53,911 nucleotides of DNA from positions 1 through 53,911 of IMG/VR virus record IMGVR_UViG_3300032272_000018; one strand, written 5' to 3'. Positions 44,285-53,911 of this stretch are shown one piece after another (position 1 is the first letter of the stretch; each line of letters opens with the position of its first letter). Position numbers and translations under genes: made by a program. Source of the DNA: a virus (Duplodnaviria; Caudoviricetes). Below the pieces are notes generated by a model. The model had not been told where the DNA came from and made no database searches. It was given only the letters and a program-made list of their open reading frames with translations.

Positions 44285-45906
44285 GGGTGATTGTGGATAC
44301 GAAAGATAAAATGAATGGCGAAGGGATGGATGAGGTCGATGCCGATATCGTTGAAGGATTGAAACAAGAGATGGGTTTGTCTGTTATTGAGCGGCCTGAT
44401 ACAGGGATAGCCCTTCCAAGGATCACAGGATTCGGGGTTGTTGAAAGATGCGAAGACAACGGAACTCCGCTAAAGACAGAGCTGGACACCAAAACCGGTA
44501 ACATGAATCTGGTCATCGACAAGAGGGCTTTTGTCCAGCAGGTTTTCAATGGGCTGACAATAGCCGGGGGAGAGCATAAGGGTAAGTTGCTCTCTCAGGA
44601 GCTTATTGCCGAGGAGATAAAGCGCGGCAAAGAGCTTCTCCTTAAAGAAGACTTATTTGAAGGGGAAACCGGGGAAGAATATCGGGCGTATCAGTTGACA
44701 GTATCAAAGATGTTCTCGGCAGCGGACAACAAGCGCAAAGAGCTGAAAGATCCTGTTAATAAGATCAACAAGGCGTTCCAGGGGCTGCTTTCGGATACCC
44801 TTGGCGAGCTGATAGAGATCCGATCAGCTGTCATGACTCGTACCAAAAATTTCAAAATCGAAGCCGAAAAGAGAGAACGTGAAGCGGCTGCGAAGGACAA
44901 TCTCTGGAGAGAGAATACTGCTGACGAGATACTCAATATAGCCTCTCTTCCGGGGAGAGTAACCAGTTACGACGCGTCCCAGATTAAAGCTGTAGCCGAA
45001 GAACTATTGATCGAAAGGTTCACGCCCCACCCGGATCAAGCTGACCGGTACGCCGATGCTCACGATCAGACAACGCAGGCCCTGGCTACCATGTACGGCG
45101 ACAAGCTAAAGGCTGAAGAAGCTGCTGCTCTGGAGGCAAAGGAGTCTGCCAAAAAGTACGCGGCGGAGCAGGCTGAGCTGGAAGAGTTACGGGCAGGTAA
45201 AGTTGAGCAGGGATTGAAGGATGCTGCTGCTGCTCATCTGGCTAAGGTGAGTGAATTATTCTCCAAATGTGTTGAGGCGGATAGTGCTGTAATCAGCGAG
45301 GCTATCAACTCTGCTGATCGAGTAGCAGTGGCGTTCGGTGATAATAAATACATCGACATTCCTGCTATTACAGGCATCATTAACAAAATGCACAGCCTGC
45401 TCGAAGGTGCCTATGAAAAAGAGGAAGCCGCCGCAGCCGCAGTAAAGGAAGAAGCTGACCGTGTAGCCAAGGAAGCTGCCGAAAAGAAAGAGCAAGCAGA
45501 CCGTGAAAAGGCTGAGGCTGCTGCTGCCCTGGAGAAAGCCAATCAAGAATTGTTGCACGATGCCGGGTTTACTTTTGACGGCAAGGCGTACACAAAGGGC
45601 GGTTTTCTTATCAATGCTGACAAGGCTAAGTGCTCCCCTAGTAGTGACGTTGGCGCATTCATAGTCGCCACCGATAAGAAGATAGCAGCCAACGAAGCCG
45701 CCGCAGAAAAGGCCGAAGAGGGCAGGCTTGCAGCAGAGAAGGCTGCAGCAGAGAAGGCCGCAGCAGAGAAAGAAGCGGACAGGAAAAGTTATTCCTTGAA
45801 GGTTGAGGAGATGACTGCCGCTATCAGTGGTTGCGAGGACCACGAGGCTGTTGTCAAGGCTATCCTTGCAGATGAGATTCCTCATGTTCGGTTTGTTGCT
45901 GAATGA
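44281..45906 (+). CDS. Long coiled-coil protein of the recombination module
   Basis: DNKRKELKDP motif, AAEK repeats, C-terminal I....IPHV. Confidence 0.65.
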   Translation: MRVIVDTKDKMNGEGMDEVDADIVEGLKQEMGLSVIERPDTGIALPRITGFGVVERCEDNGTPLKTELDTKTGNMNLVIDKRAFVQQVFNGLTIAGGEHKGKLLSQELIAEEIKRGKELLLKEDLFEGETGEEYRAYQLTVSKMFSAADNKRKELKDPVNKINKAFQGLLSDTLGELIEIRSAVMTRTKNFKIEAEKREREAAAKDNLWRENTADEILNIASLPGRVTSYDASQIKAVAEELLIERFTPHPDQADRYADAHDQTTQALATMYGDKLKAEEAAALEAKESAKKYAAEQAELEELRAGKVEQGLKDAAAAHLAKVSELFSKCVEADSAVISEAINSADRVAVAFGDNKYIDIPAITGIINKMHSLLEGAYEKEEAAAAAVKEEADRVAKEAAEKKEQADREKAEAAAALEKANQELLHDAGFTFDGKAYTKGGFLINADKAKCSPSSDVGAFIVATDKKIAANEAAAEKAEEGRLAAEKAAAEKAAAEKEADRKSYSLKVEEMTAAISGCEDHEAVVKAILADEIPHVRFVAE

Positions 45907-45967
45907 GTTTTTGATGTAGATAAGTGATAGATATATAAGTAATAATTAATTCAAAACGGAGAATAGA

Positions 45968-46966
45968 ATGGGTACGTTCACGAAGAAAGAAGAAAGTGAT
46001 ATTGATGTTGCAGCGGAAGTTGCCAGCCAGGAAATGATGACCGAGGATTTTACCCCTGGGGATGCTGCTGAGGGCGGGGAATTGGTTGCGCAGGGACAGG
46101 GGAGTCTCCCGGCTGAGCAGGACGATTTTGACGCATGGATGGAAGAGGACGAGGATGATTCAGAGGTCGAGCCGCTGTACCTCTCTATAGGGCAAAAGGG
46201 CAAGCAAGCCGGGCTTCTTGTTTGCGACCAAGCTGAAGAAGAATATTCTTCGCTCACCGTTGCGCTGATTCGACAGCATGATACATGCAAGTGTTACCCT
46301 GTCAAGTTCAGCAAGGATAACCCGCTCCTCTGCTGCTCCAATGACGGGATCAATCCTTCCTGCGAAGATCCACTATGCGGGCCTGATGCTGGAGAGAACC
46401 CGTGCCTTGGAGTCTGGAAGAAAATTGACGGTAAAAATGTCAAAACAAAGCCATGCGAGTACGGGAATTGGAATGGAAACGAGCCTCCGCGCTGCCAGGA
46501 GGGTCGCCAGAATCTCGTAATCGAGGTTGGTAACGAAACGTACATGCCATACTGGTTAGAGATTAAATCAATCGGCCTCAAGCCGTTACGAGGACTTGAA
46601 AACAAGCTGAAAATAAGCACTAAAACCTCGGTAGTTAAACGTAAGAAGCAGGGATTAGGCAAAGCTAAAAAGTGTATGTTTGTCTTTGATATTTCATCCG
46701 TTGAGGATGTCCGTGATTCCGGGTCAAGCTACCAAGCTGCCTTTAACCATGTGACTCCTGTTTACAAGATGATTGAGAATTCCATGATGGTTGACGATCC
46801 GGAACTGGTGCTTACCGAGCAGGACATTGAGGATATAATGACTGACACAAAAAATATTGAGGAGGCACTTGCTCGTCTCTCTTATTCCTGCCAAGATAAG
46901 TTTTGCGAAGCCCGCGTTGATTCTGAGGCCGTGGCTAAATGGAAGTCCGAGAACCCTCTCGGATAA
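45968..46966 (+). CDS. Putative phage single-stranded DNA-binding/annealing protein
   Basis: C.SNDG..P...C...CEYGNW...PPRC Zn-type motif, acidic N-terminus; context. Confidence 0.5.
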   Translation: MGTFTKKEESDIDVAAEVASQEMMTEDFTPGDAAEGGELVAQGQGSLPAEQDDFDAWMEEDEDDSEVEPLYLSIGQKGKQAGLLVCDQAEEEYSSLTVALIRQHDTCKCYPVKFSKDNPLLCCSNDGINPSCEDPLCGPDAGENPCLGVWKKIDGKNVKTKPCEYGNWNGNEPPRCQEGRQNLVIEVGNETYMPYWLEIKSIGLKPLRGLENKLKISTKTSVVKRKKQGLGKAKKCMFVFDISSVEDVRDSGSSYQAAFNHVTPVYKMIENSMMVDDPELVLTEQDIEDIMTDTKNIEEALARLSYSCQDKFCEARVDSEAVAKWKSENPLG

Positions 46967-47036
46967 TTTCGGCGAACTGAAAACAACGACAAACAATATA
47001 TCCCGGCTCTTCTGGGGCCGGGGTGGCGAGGGTGGT

Positions 47037-47456
47037 ATGCAAACATCATATTTTGCAAAGTACAAGCCGGTAAAAGGCCAAGTTTTTCACGGCGTATCTA
47101 TAGCAGCTAAAGCCCCTAAGTGGTTTGCTGGTCGGCAATACAAGCAGTTGGCACCGTCGTATTCTATATTTAAGCAATGGAAAGACTCCTGTCAAGATGA
47201 AGGTGATTGGATAATTTACGCTGCAAGATATAATCAGGAGATACTTGCTTTCTTAGACCCTGCGAAAGTTCTTTCCGACCTCGGTAGCGATGCTGTAATG
47301 CTATGCTATGAACGACCGGAGGCATGCTGCCATAGGCATCTTGTCTCGACATGGCTGACAAAAAATACAGATCAAGACGTGACCGAGGTCGGCGCAACGA
47401 AGCACTCTATTTTCCAGAAATCAAATACCGGGATGTTTGTTCTCGGCTGCAAGTAA
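47037..47456 (+). CDS. DUF488-family protein
   Basis: MQTSYFA, SIA...P, KQLAPS, LCYE....CHRHLV..WL; start re-called. Confidence 0.82.
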   Translation: MQTSYFAKYKPVKGQVFHGVSIAAKAPKWFAGRQYKQLAPSYSIFKQWKDSCQDEGDWIIYAARYNQEILAFLDPAKVLSDLGSDAVMLCYERPEACCHRHLVSTWLTKNTDQDVTEVGATKHSIFQKSNTGMFVLGCK

Positions 47457-47469
47457 GGGGGTAGTTAAC

Positions 47470-48282
47470 ATGCCACAGAAGAAGCCATACAAATTCAGCG
47501 TTCTAGCATCCGGTTCAAAAGGAAATTGCTCTGTCCATGACCCAGCAGGTGACGGAAACTGTTTTCTTATTGACTCTGGCATCTCTGATAAGAAGATTGA
47601 TGCTGGGCTGTCCGGGGTGAATAGGAGTATTGGTCAGGTCCACTCTGTTCTTATCACTCATGGACATGGTGATCATCTGCCGAAGAACAAGGCTGGGCGC
47701 TACCAATATGGCAAGCTGGGCCATCGCGGCAACGGGCCTCGATACCAGCCTGTTGAGGACGGCACGACCGAGATTGAATTCACAGGTTGCTACTGCAAAA
47801 TAAATATAGTGCCAATGGTTCATGACATACCATGCGATGGGTTTGTGATTGAGAGCAATGACGGCATCAAGATTGTGCATATAACTGATACAGCAGAAGT
47901 ACCTGATGTTTCGCTGAAGTACATGGAAAAGCCTCATGCGATTGTGATTGAAGCGAACTGGGACGAATTGTTGCTGAATCGGAACTTGCAGGAAGGGAGT
48001 ACTCCTGGATGCGTTCTTGAACGATCAGTGGACACACACCTTTCCAATTCGGCAATGGCTGACGTTGTTGAGCAGCTTATGTGGGACGGCCTTGAGGTTG
48101 TTGTATTGATCCACCTGTCGTCCACTAACAACTCTCCTGTTCTGGCTCGACAGGCTGCGGAGGAGGTGCTTGAGCGTGGAGGCTTTCTTGCAGGGAAGGG
48201 TGATGGACAGTGCAGGGTGATTGTTTCGGGGCAGGATAAGCCCACCGAACTAATTATATTGAGGGGAAATCATGGACAATAG
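47470..48282 (+). CDS. MBL-fold metallo-hydrolase (YycJ/WalJ-like exonuclease)
   Basis: LASGSKGN, LIDSG, ITHGHGDH, VHD, TDT, IEANWD, HLSN, HLS..NN. Confidence 0.9.
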   Translation: MPQKKPYKFSVLASGSKGNCSVHDPAGDGNCFLIDSGISDKKIDAGLSGVNRSIGQVHSVLITHGHGDHLPKNKAGRYQYGKLGHRGNGPRYQPVEDGTTEIEFTGCYCKINIVPMVHDIPCDGFVIESNDGIKIVHITDTAEVPDVSLKYMEKPHAIVIEANWDELLLNRNLQEGSTPGCVLERSVDTHLSNSAMADVVEQLMWDGLEVVVLIHLSSTNNSPVLARQAAEEVLERGGFLAGKGDGQCRVIVSGQDKPTELIILRGNHGQ

Positions 48283-48673
48283 AGGAGAGGCGGTTATCGA
48301 GCCTGGAATGAAAGGATTCTCGACAAACCTGATCGGGCCAATTGAACTGGTAAGGAAAGGTAATGCTCCAGGAGTATGGGAGGTCATGACTGAGTGCGGA
48401 GATGTTAAGTTTGTCTCTGAGCATACCTTTTATGGGTTTCCAGAGAAAGAAAAAAACCCCTGGAGAAAATTCACTGATAACGGAGACGATCCACCCGAAT
48501 CACTTACCTTTGGGTTTTCTCGGTTTGTGATCGGCAGAGATATTGATGGGGAGAAATACCCTGTTATTTTTGACAACTGCACTGGTAAATGGCTCACTCT
48601 TACGTATCCGAAATTTATAAGCCGAGGAGCATGGTGGGAAGAGGTCGAAATTGTTGAATGGAGGGAGTTGTGA
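48272..48673 (+). CDS. Hypothetical protein (DUF551-like C-terminus)
   Basis: W....D.PP...V..W ending; GAGGGG RBS. Confidence 0.55.
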   Translation: MDNRGEAVIEPGMKGFSTNLIGPIELVRKGNAPGVWEVMTECGDVKFVSEHTFYGFPEKEKNPWRKFTDNGDDPPESLTFGFSRFVIGRDIDGEKYPVIFDNCTGKWLTLTYPKFISRGAWWEEVEIVEWREL

Positions 48674-49050
48674 TGGAATTATCGTGTTCCTGCGGGGCTG
48701 ACGACTATGACAGGTGGTATATCGTTGAAGGGTGGACAACCTTGAAAGCTCAAGGAGCAAAGCGCAGGAGGAGGTGTAGCTCTTGCAAGGCTCTGATTGA
48801 TATTGGCGCCGAGTGCCTGATGTTCTCCAACGAGAAGAAGGATGGGGAGAAAGAAGATATTTTCGGCGAATACGCTTCAGTCAGCATGGCACCATCATGG
48901 TATTGCAAAAAGTGCGGGGAGATATTTGAAAACCTTAAAGATATCGGGTACTGCTTTGATATCGGAAATGACAACATGCCGGACGCTATGGAGGCGTACC
49001 ACCGGCTTACTGGATTTAAACCTTTAAAGAAGTTTGGAAGAGGATTATGA
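48673..49050 (+). CDS. Zn-finger hypothetical protein
   Basis: CSSC...I..G..C and CKKC; TGATG-coupled start. Confidence 0.6.
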   Translation: MELSCSCGADDYDRWYIVEGWTTLKAQGAKRRRRCSSCKALIDIGAECLMFSNEKKDGEKEDIFGEYASVSMAPSWYCKKCGEIFENLKDIGYCFDIGNDNMPDAMEAYHRLTGFKPLKKFGRGL

Positions 49051-49247
49051 GTGCAAAATACCTAACACCAAAGCAAGTATCAACTATGATAGGTCGAGCT
49101 GTCAAAACCTTGGCTTCTGACCGGTATCATGATTGTGGAATTCCTTATTATCGACTTGGGACAAGACAGGTCCGGTACAGAGAGAGCGACGTGGTGCATT
49201 TCATGGAGAAGAAATGCACGAAGGTTTACCCTGGCCGTAAGATTTAA
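49047..49247 (+). CDS. AlpA/excisionase-like HTH DNA-binding protein
   Basis: YLTPKQVS..IG.AVKTL..DR....GIPY.RLG..VRY...DV. Confidence 0.85.
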   Translation: MSAKYLTPKQVSTMIGRAVKTLASDRYHDCGIPYYRLGTRQVRYRESDVVHFMEKKCTKVYPGRKI

Positions 49248-49276
49248 TTTTACTGTAAATTTTAAGGAGAATAATA

Positions 49277-49561
49277 ATGGATATAAAAGAAAGGTTTGAA
49301 TTTGCTGATGAAGAAAATGATTGCGGATTTAATATGGTCGAAAACAAGAGAAGCCAGCGACCAGATTTACACGCTCTTCTACTGCTTGACGAATTGTTTC
49401 CAAATCATGGATGCGACATAATTACAGCTGCTTGCCATGGCCAGATTTGGCTCGGTGTTAAGGACGACGATATCAGCAAACTAACTGATGAGCAGATACT
49501 TGAGCTGGTTCGATGTGGGGTCTGGTACGATGACAATGAATGTCTGGCAATGAATGTCTGA
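49277..49561 (+). CDS. Hypothetical acidic protein
   Basis: AAGGAG RBS; SQRPDLHA.LLLD...LVRCGV.YD. Confidence 0.7.
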   Translation: MDIKERFEFADEENDCGFNMVENKRSQRPDLHALLLLDELFPNHGCDIITAACHGQIWLGVKDDDISKLTDEQILELVRCGVWYDDNECLAMNV

Positions 49562-49588
49562 TATAGAATTTTAACAAAGAGGAACAAG

Positions 49589-50086
49589 ATGAGTTATAAC
49601 CCTACGCTGATTAAGATTATTGAAATAGATGCCCTTATTATTCCGTTGTCTGCCCTGGTGCTTGAAAATAGTGAATGGAACCCTATCGAGACGAACGGTG
49701 CCGATGGGAATACAACTTATGAATTCGCCGAATGCTCAATGATTCAGGGGGAAGTTTTAGGAGGGGAATTTTTACAGGTCAACAGTTTTGACTGCACAGG
49801 TGAGTGTAGCGGGGGTTGCATGGGAGAGGTGTTTAAACCAGCATTCAGGGAGAGCACTGGAAAGTTGGTCGCTGTAGTGGTGTGGGAAGGCGGGGATGCA
49901 GTTTCAACCCTTACCGTGGATGGCGGACAAGTCTCTTTTGAACCCTATGAGTTTAGTATTGAGAAGAAGGTCAGTGACGCTGACGTGAAAAAAAGAGTCC
50001 TTTCTATCCTGTCTGACTGGCGCAAGGCCCCTCTGCTTGAAGCCGGTAGGTTTCAGGGTTTTTTATTAGCTAAGCTATCATCGTGA
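49589..50086 (+). CDS. Hypothetical protein
   Basis: GAGG RBS; WEGGD motif. Confidence 0.65.
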   Translation: MSYNPTLIKIIEIDALIIPLSALVLENSEWNPIETNGADGNTTYEFAECSMIQGEVLGGEFLQVNSFDCTGECSGGCMGEVFKPAFRESTGKLVAVVVWEGGDAVSTLTVDGGQVSFEPYEFSIEKKVSDADVKKRVLSILSDWRKAPLLEAGRFQGFLLAKLSS

Positions 50087-50121
50087 TGGCACTTATCACT
50101 CAGTATAACGACAGGAAAAAC

Positions 50122-51081
50122 ATGACCAAGCCAAAAGAGGAACTAGAGCAAAAAAAATGCGAAATCATAGGCAGTAAGCTAACCTTCCGCAACCCTGACA
50201 CGGGATGGGCGATCTTCAGGGTAAGAACAGAAATTGGGGCAGGAACCGCCTGCGGAGAGATACCTGAGACAGTTGGGCCGGGAGATGTGGTCACCCTGAC
50301 CGGCAAGTGGGAGACGAACAAAAGGTACGGCAAGCAATTCAAATTTTCGTCAATTGAAGTCGAACCTCCGAGGACAGACAATGCTGAGGGGGTTCGCAGG
50401 CTGCTGATGAAATTACCAGGAATCGGAGAGGTAAAAGCTAAGTGGGCCATTGCCGAATATGGTCACGAAAAAGCATGGGAGTTAGCTCTTGCTGATCCGG
50501 CAAAGCTGAAGGTACCACCGGGCAGATGCGATGAAGTTATGGCTGTGGCGGCCACACTGATGTCTTCCTTTGAGGAACAATCGTACTTCTTGGGCCTCGG
50601 ACTAACCCAACACCAGATTAATCTCATTGTAAGGGAATTTGGCCCTGGTAAGAATGGGGGCATGAAGGTTGTGCAGGAGGCCCCATACCGGTTATTGGAT
50701 ATTGATGGATTCGGTTTCATCACAGCGGACTCTATTGCGCTCCGGTCAGGGGTTAATATCGGTGCCGAGGGACGAATTGCTGCTTGCGTGCTGTTCTTCC
50801 TCGCAGATTCACGGGAGAGTGGGGGGCATACTTGGTTCTACATGTCTGTTTTGATTAATGGACAGGATTGGAAAGGTGGAATCGCCGGGGTTAAGGAGTT
50901 GCTGAAGAAAACGGCTATGGATCAAGATATGCCACTGAGCGGATTGCCGGACGAGGTGGAGATAGAGAGGGTGGTGAGGGGGCTGTCCAAGTCTGGCAAG
51001 GTGGTTATTGAGGAAGGTCGCGTTTTTGACGCTAAGTCCATGAAGGCGGAAAAGGGGATTATGGGGGCATTGGGATTATGA
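50122..51081 (+). CDS. recD2: RecD2 helicase N-terminal part (OB + HhH domains) as a separate ORF
   Basis: FRN.DTGWAIF, G.W....YG.QF, LPGIG..KA, PY.L..IDGFGF.TAD.IA, RIAA...GHT. Confidence 0.8.
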   Translation: MTKPKEELEQKKCEIIGSKLTFRNPDTGWAIFRVRTEIGAGTACGEIPETVGPGDVVTLTGKWETNKRYGKQFKFSSIEVEPPRTDNAEGVRRLLMKLPGIGEVKAKWAIAEYGHEKAWELALADPAKLKVPPGRCDEVMAVAATLMSSFEEQSYFLGLGLTQHQINLIVREFGPGKNGGMKVVQEAPYRLLDIDGFGFITADSIALRSGVNIGAEGRIAACVLFFLADSRESGGHTWFYMSVLINGQDWKGGIAGVKELLKKTAMDQDMPLSGLPDEVEIERVVRGLSKSGKVVIEEGRVFDAKSMKAEKGIMGALGL

Positions 51082-51275
51082 GTGAAAAAAGGAGCGAGCA
51101 AAGAGAACGCCTGACAGAGTGGGTAGATAACCTTCGTCACGACCAGAAGGATTCTTTACTGGTTGAGCTTGTTATCCAGGGGATAGATAGCGAGATGATC
51201 AGCTTCTGGGACGACTCGCAATTCCCTTACTGGAGCCATACTGGCGATTCTATAGTTGACGGGCAGGATGAATAA
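51078..51275 (+). CDS. Small acidic hypothetical protein
   Basis: ATGA-coupled to the RecD2 N-part. Confidence 0.6.
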   Translation: MSEKRSEQRERLTEWVDNLRHDQKDSLLVELVIQGIDSEMISFWDDSQFPYWSHTGDSIVDGQDE

Positions 51276-51302
51276 GGAAAACAAATTATAAGGAGATATG
51301 AT

Positions 51303-51614
51303 ATGAACGAGCAAAGTGAAGTTAAGGTTGGTGATAGGGTGGTAATGAACCAAGACTGCCATTATTCTGGTGGATGCGTCAGGGAGGGCGAAGAGGGAGA
51401 GATTGAAGATGGAGACCGGGATACCGGTATATATTGGGTCAAATTCAAAAGAAGGCCAAATTTACCAATGTGGCGTTGCAGGTTTGACATTCTTCCTTCG
51501 CAGGAAGCTGACGAGAAACCCGATAGCAAATCGGAAAAAAGAGGTTTATATGCACAAGATAAAGTACGACAAAACCCAGCAATCTGCCATAAGTGCTGGC
51601 GTAGATCTTTATAA
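51303..51614 (+). CDS. Small SH3/KOW-like hypothetical protein
   Basis: AAGGAG RBS; VKVGDRVV...G.EG.I...YWVKF; its 3' end overlaps the next gene. Confidence 0.55.
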   Translation: MNEQSEVKVGDRVVMNQDCHYSGGCVREGEEGEIEDGDRDTGIYWVKFKRRPNLPMWRCRFDILPSQEADEKPDSKSEKRGLYAQDKVRQNPAICHKCWRRSL

Positions 51615-52845
51615 ATCAGATGGGGCATGCAGGATCTTGCCTATCTGTGGCGGAGCTGGCACAGGAAAGTCTTCATCGGTTACGGAGATAATTAGGCAAG
51701 TAAAGAAAATTGATCAAAGCTCTATTATCAGGCTCGCCGCTCCAACCGGACAGGCCGGTGTTGTATTGAACAAGATGTTGAAAAAATCTTTTGGAGCGAG
51801 CCCGCCTATTCCCCCGGCGAGCACGATCCATAGGATGCTCGGCTGCCAGGGGCCTACCTGGGCTTACAACCGGTACAACAAGTTACCTTGTGACCTGCTT
51901 GTTGTTGATGAAAGTTCCATGCTTGACGTGGAGATTACAGAAAGACTAGTCAGTTCCACAGAAGCGAAGATTATTATGCTCGGAGATGACGGACAGTTGC
52001 CACCTGTGGGTGCTGGAGCGCCATTCAGGGATTTGGTAAACGCCGGGATAGGCATAAGGTTCAAGATCTGCTACAGACAGCTCGCCGGGTCAATGCTATT
52101 TGAATCTATAGAATTGGTACGGGCAGGCAAGGTGCCAATTTTCGGAAAAAGAGGGGAAGACTCTATCGGAAAAGGAATGCTTGACGACTGCTTTTGGCAC
52201 GAACAAGAGGACACAGAGAAGGTCGCTGAAACGTTGGCCGAGATTATTCATCCCTGGCACCGTGATAACAAGAGCTATATGCTTGTTGTCCCACAGAGGG
52301 TAGGGCCTGTGGGTTTTTTGAAGCTGAATCCAATCATCCAATCAATAATCAATCCAGGGCCAAGTGCAGGCCTCAAGATTTTTGGTCAATTGATTAAGGC
52401 CGGGGATATTGTCAGGCAGCAGAAGAATAATTACAAGCTGGGTCGGGAAGGGGTGTTTAACGGATTTCTTGGGAAAGTTCTTCACGCTTCCCCGAATGGG
52501 ATCACGGTCGAATATCCGGGGTGGCCGGAGCCTGAAGTTGTTGTTTACCATGAATCAGAGGACTGGAACGCACTGACTTTGGGGTACGCAATTACTGGCC
52601 ACGCCTCACAGGGCAGCCAAGCGGATAATGTCTGTTGTCTGGTCCATCCGAGTAACTGGTATGCCCTTGGGCGGCAATGGCTTTATGTCGCAATGAGCAG
52701 GGCGCAGAAGGAGTGCCATGTAGTGGGAACTGAACGGGCATTAAAACACGCTGTTAGTTGCGATGATACTGTGAAGCGCAACACTTATATGTCGTTGGCA
52801 TTTAAAGAGCTGGCTGAGAGGTCCGGGAGGCGAGAAGGGGAATAG
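51550..52845 (+). CDS. recD2: RecD2-like SF1B helicase core
   Basis: GGAGTGKS, AAPTG, STIHR, VVDESSM, GDDGQLPPVGAG, YRQ, YAITGHASQGS, LYVAMSRA; start re-called at MHKIKY with a GAGG RBS. Confidence 0.9.
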   Translation: MHKIKYDKTQQSAISAGVDLYKSDGACRILPICGGAGTGKSSSVTEIIRQVKKIDQSSIIRLAAPTGQAGVVLNKMLKKSFGASPPIPPASTIHRMLGCQGPTWAYNRYNKLPCDLLVVDESSMLDVEITERLVSSTEAKIIMLGDDGQLPPVGAGAPFRDLVNAGIGIRFKICYRQLAGSMLFESIELVRAGKVPIFGKRGEDSIGKGMLDDCFWHEQEDTEKVAETLAEIIHPWHRDNKSYMLVVPQRVGPVGFLKLNPIIQSIINPGPSAGLKIFGQLIKAGDIVRQQKNNYKLGREGVFNGFLGKVLHASPNGITVEYPGWPEPEVVVYHESEDWNALTLGYAITGHASQGSQADNVCCLVHPSNWYALGRQWLYVAMSRAQKECHVVGTERALKHAVSCDDTVKRNTYMSLAFKELAERSGRREGE

Positions 52846-52875
52846 TTGAAAAAGATGCAATATAGACAAATAGCA

Positions 52876-52905
52876 CTTGACGCTCCTGGATAATTTTACT
52901 ATCTA
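52876..52905 (+). promoter_or_regulatory. Putative promoter sharing a 21-bp core with 43018-43038
   Basis: CTTGACGCTCCTGGATAATTT; the -10 is weak (TATCTA). Confidence 0.5.
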
Positions 52906-52961
52906 TGGAGTGAGAGATAGGTTTAGATGTATTACATAATATTTTACAAGAGGGATTGACT

Positions 52962-53492
52962 ATGGAAGGGGTTGAGTTTAAAGCGTGGCCAAAAATAACC
53001 AGAGAGAATCCTTTCTCTGTGACCGTCACCGAGAAAATAGACGGGACAAACGCCTGCATTATTATAAACGACGGGAATATAGTTGGAGTACAAAGCAGGA
53101 AAAGATTTATCACGGTACATGATGATAACTATGGGTTTGCTGCATGGGTTGAGGATAATAAGGCCGAATTGCTTGGACTTGGCGACGGGTATCATTACGG
53201 AGAATGGGCTGGATTAGGAATACAAAAAAATCCTTTAGGCTTGGATAGGAAGAGGCTATTTCTCTTTAACACTTATCGCTGGAATATAAACAATCCCAAC
53301 CTCCCTTCCTGTTGCGATGTTGTACCAGTTCTTTTCCAGGGGGAACTGAAGCCTGATACAATACCTTTATTGTTGGCTGGCATGGAGCTGGAGATTCCTT
53401 TGGTGAGGGAGGGGGTTGTCGTATATTATCATGTATTTAGGAAGTATACTAAGCATACAGTTAAATCGCCTAATGGAAAGTGGTGTAAGTAA
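52962..53492 (+). CDS. ATP-dependent RNA ligase-family protein (minimal nucleotidyltransferase domain)
   Basis: WPKI.R, motif I TEKIDGTN, QSR, YGEW.G.GIQ, FLFN, EGVVV, terminal K..K. Confidence 0.85.
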   Translation: MEGVEFKAWPKITRENPFSVTVTEKIDGTNACIIINDGNIVGVQSRKRFITVHDDNYGFAAWVEDNKAELLGLGDGYHYGEWAGLGIQKNPLGLDRKRLFLFNTYRWNINNPNLPSCCDVVPVLFQGELKPDTIPLLLAGMELEIPLVREGVVVYYHVFRKYTKHTVKSPNGKWCK

Positions 53493-53524
53493 TAACCGTC
53501 AAAATATAAACAAAATGATCAGAA

Positions 53525-53734
53525 ATGGCAGCAAGAAAACGAGGAACATCCGAGTCCTTCAAGCGATACAGAAAAAACCTGAAAAAAGAGGAGAACAAGT
53601 TAAGACGAAAACTCCTCTGGCGGGTATTGTGGCCGGGCTATATGGGGACAGCGGTGCGGTACACCTTTAAAGGGAAGCGCGGGCTGACTGGAAAAGCAAA
53701 TGATGGCAGGCTCAGGTTTTCTGCGTACAGCTGA
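53525..53734 (+). CDS. Small basic hypothetical protein
   Basis: 69-aa ORF, strongly Arg/Lys-rich. Confidence 0.5.
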   Translation: MAARKRGTSESFKRYRKNLKKEENKLRRKLLWRVLWPGYMGTAVRYTFKGKRGLTGKANDGRLRFSAYS

Positions 53735-53809
53735 TGCGTAGGGGTGTGCATTGGAAAGCAGTGCCTGTGTGATTGGTGCTGCTTGAATTTTAATTGAAGA
53801 GGTAAAACA

Positions 53810-53911
53810 ATGAACAACGAAAAAGCAAACCCAAACGACGCTAAACCGAAAATAATTCCGTTTAGCGAGTGGATTGAGTCGCTTGAGCTTAAAAAAACTG
53901 AAGTTTCCTGT
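53810..53911 (+). CDS. Partial hypothetical protein (runs off the window)
   Basis: GAGG RBS; MNNEKANPNDAKPKIIPFSEW... is open to the end of the window. Confidence 0.5.
   Translation, partial: MNNEKANPNDAKPKIIPFSEWIESLELKKTEVSC

Noticed and set aside
49047-49247. Evidence of an integrated prophage (excisionase)
   Set aside because: No integrase, att site or host flank is present in the window; an AlpA-like HTH alone does not establish lifestyle.

Overview
A 53.9-kb fragment of a tailed dsDNA phage genome with a podovirus-type layout; no host genes, integrase, DNA polymerase, tRNA or CRISPR array were seen. (1) 1-4140, leftward early region: two near-identical sigma70 promoters drive about nine small genes, including a DUF1874/AcrIII-1-type ring nuclease, a kinase-like protein, an FlbD-like protein and an HTH protein. 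The genes are separated by a repeated (ACAACC)n + GC-hairpin + RBS element, and at one junction by a hammerhead ribozyme. (2) 4389-37476, rightward packaging/virion module: TerS, an ATPase-only TerL paralogue, full TerL, portal, scaffold, N4-gp56-like major capsid, adaptor and tail proteins, ejection proteins including a ~1900-aa protein with an HExxH zincin domain, tail fibres and a holin-like gene. An Acb2/Tad1-like gene and a DUF2829/Tad2-like gene are embedded in this module. (3) 37604-43615, leftward: SleB-like hydrolase, lipoprotein, HU-like protein, ThyX, DUF6378, endonuclease VII. (4) 43825-end, rightward: RHH regulator, SSB-like protein, DUF488, MBL nuclease, a split RecD2 helicase and an RNA ligase. 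The best candidate for an undescribed system is the early gene array punctuated by RNA elements and containing at least one anti-defence gene. All family calls come from motif recognition by eye, not from database searches.
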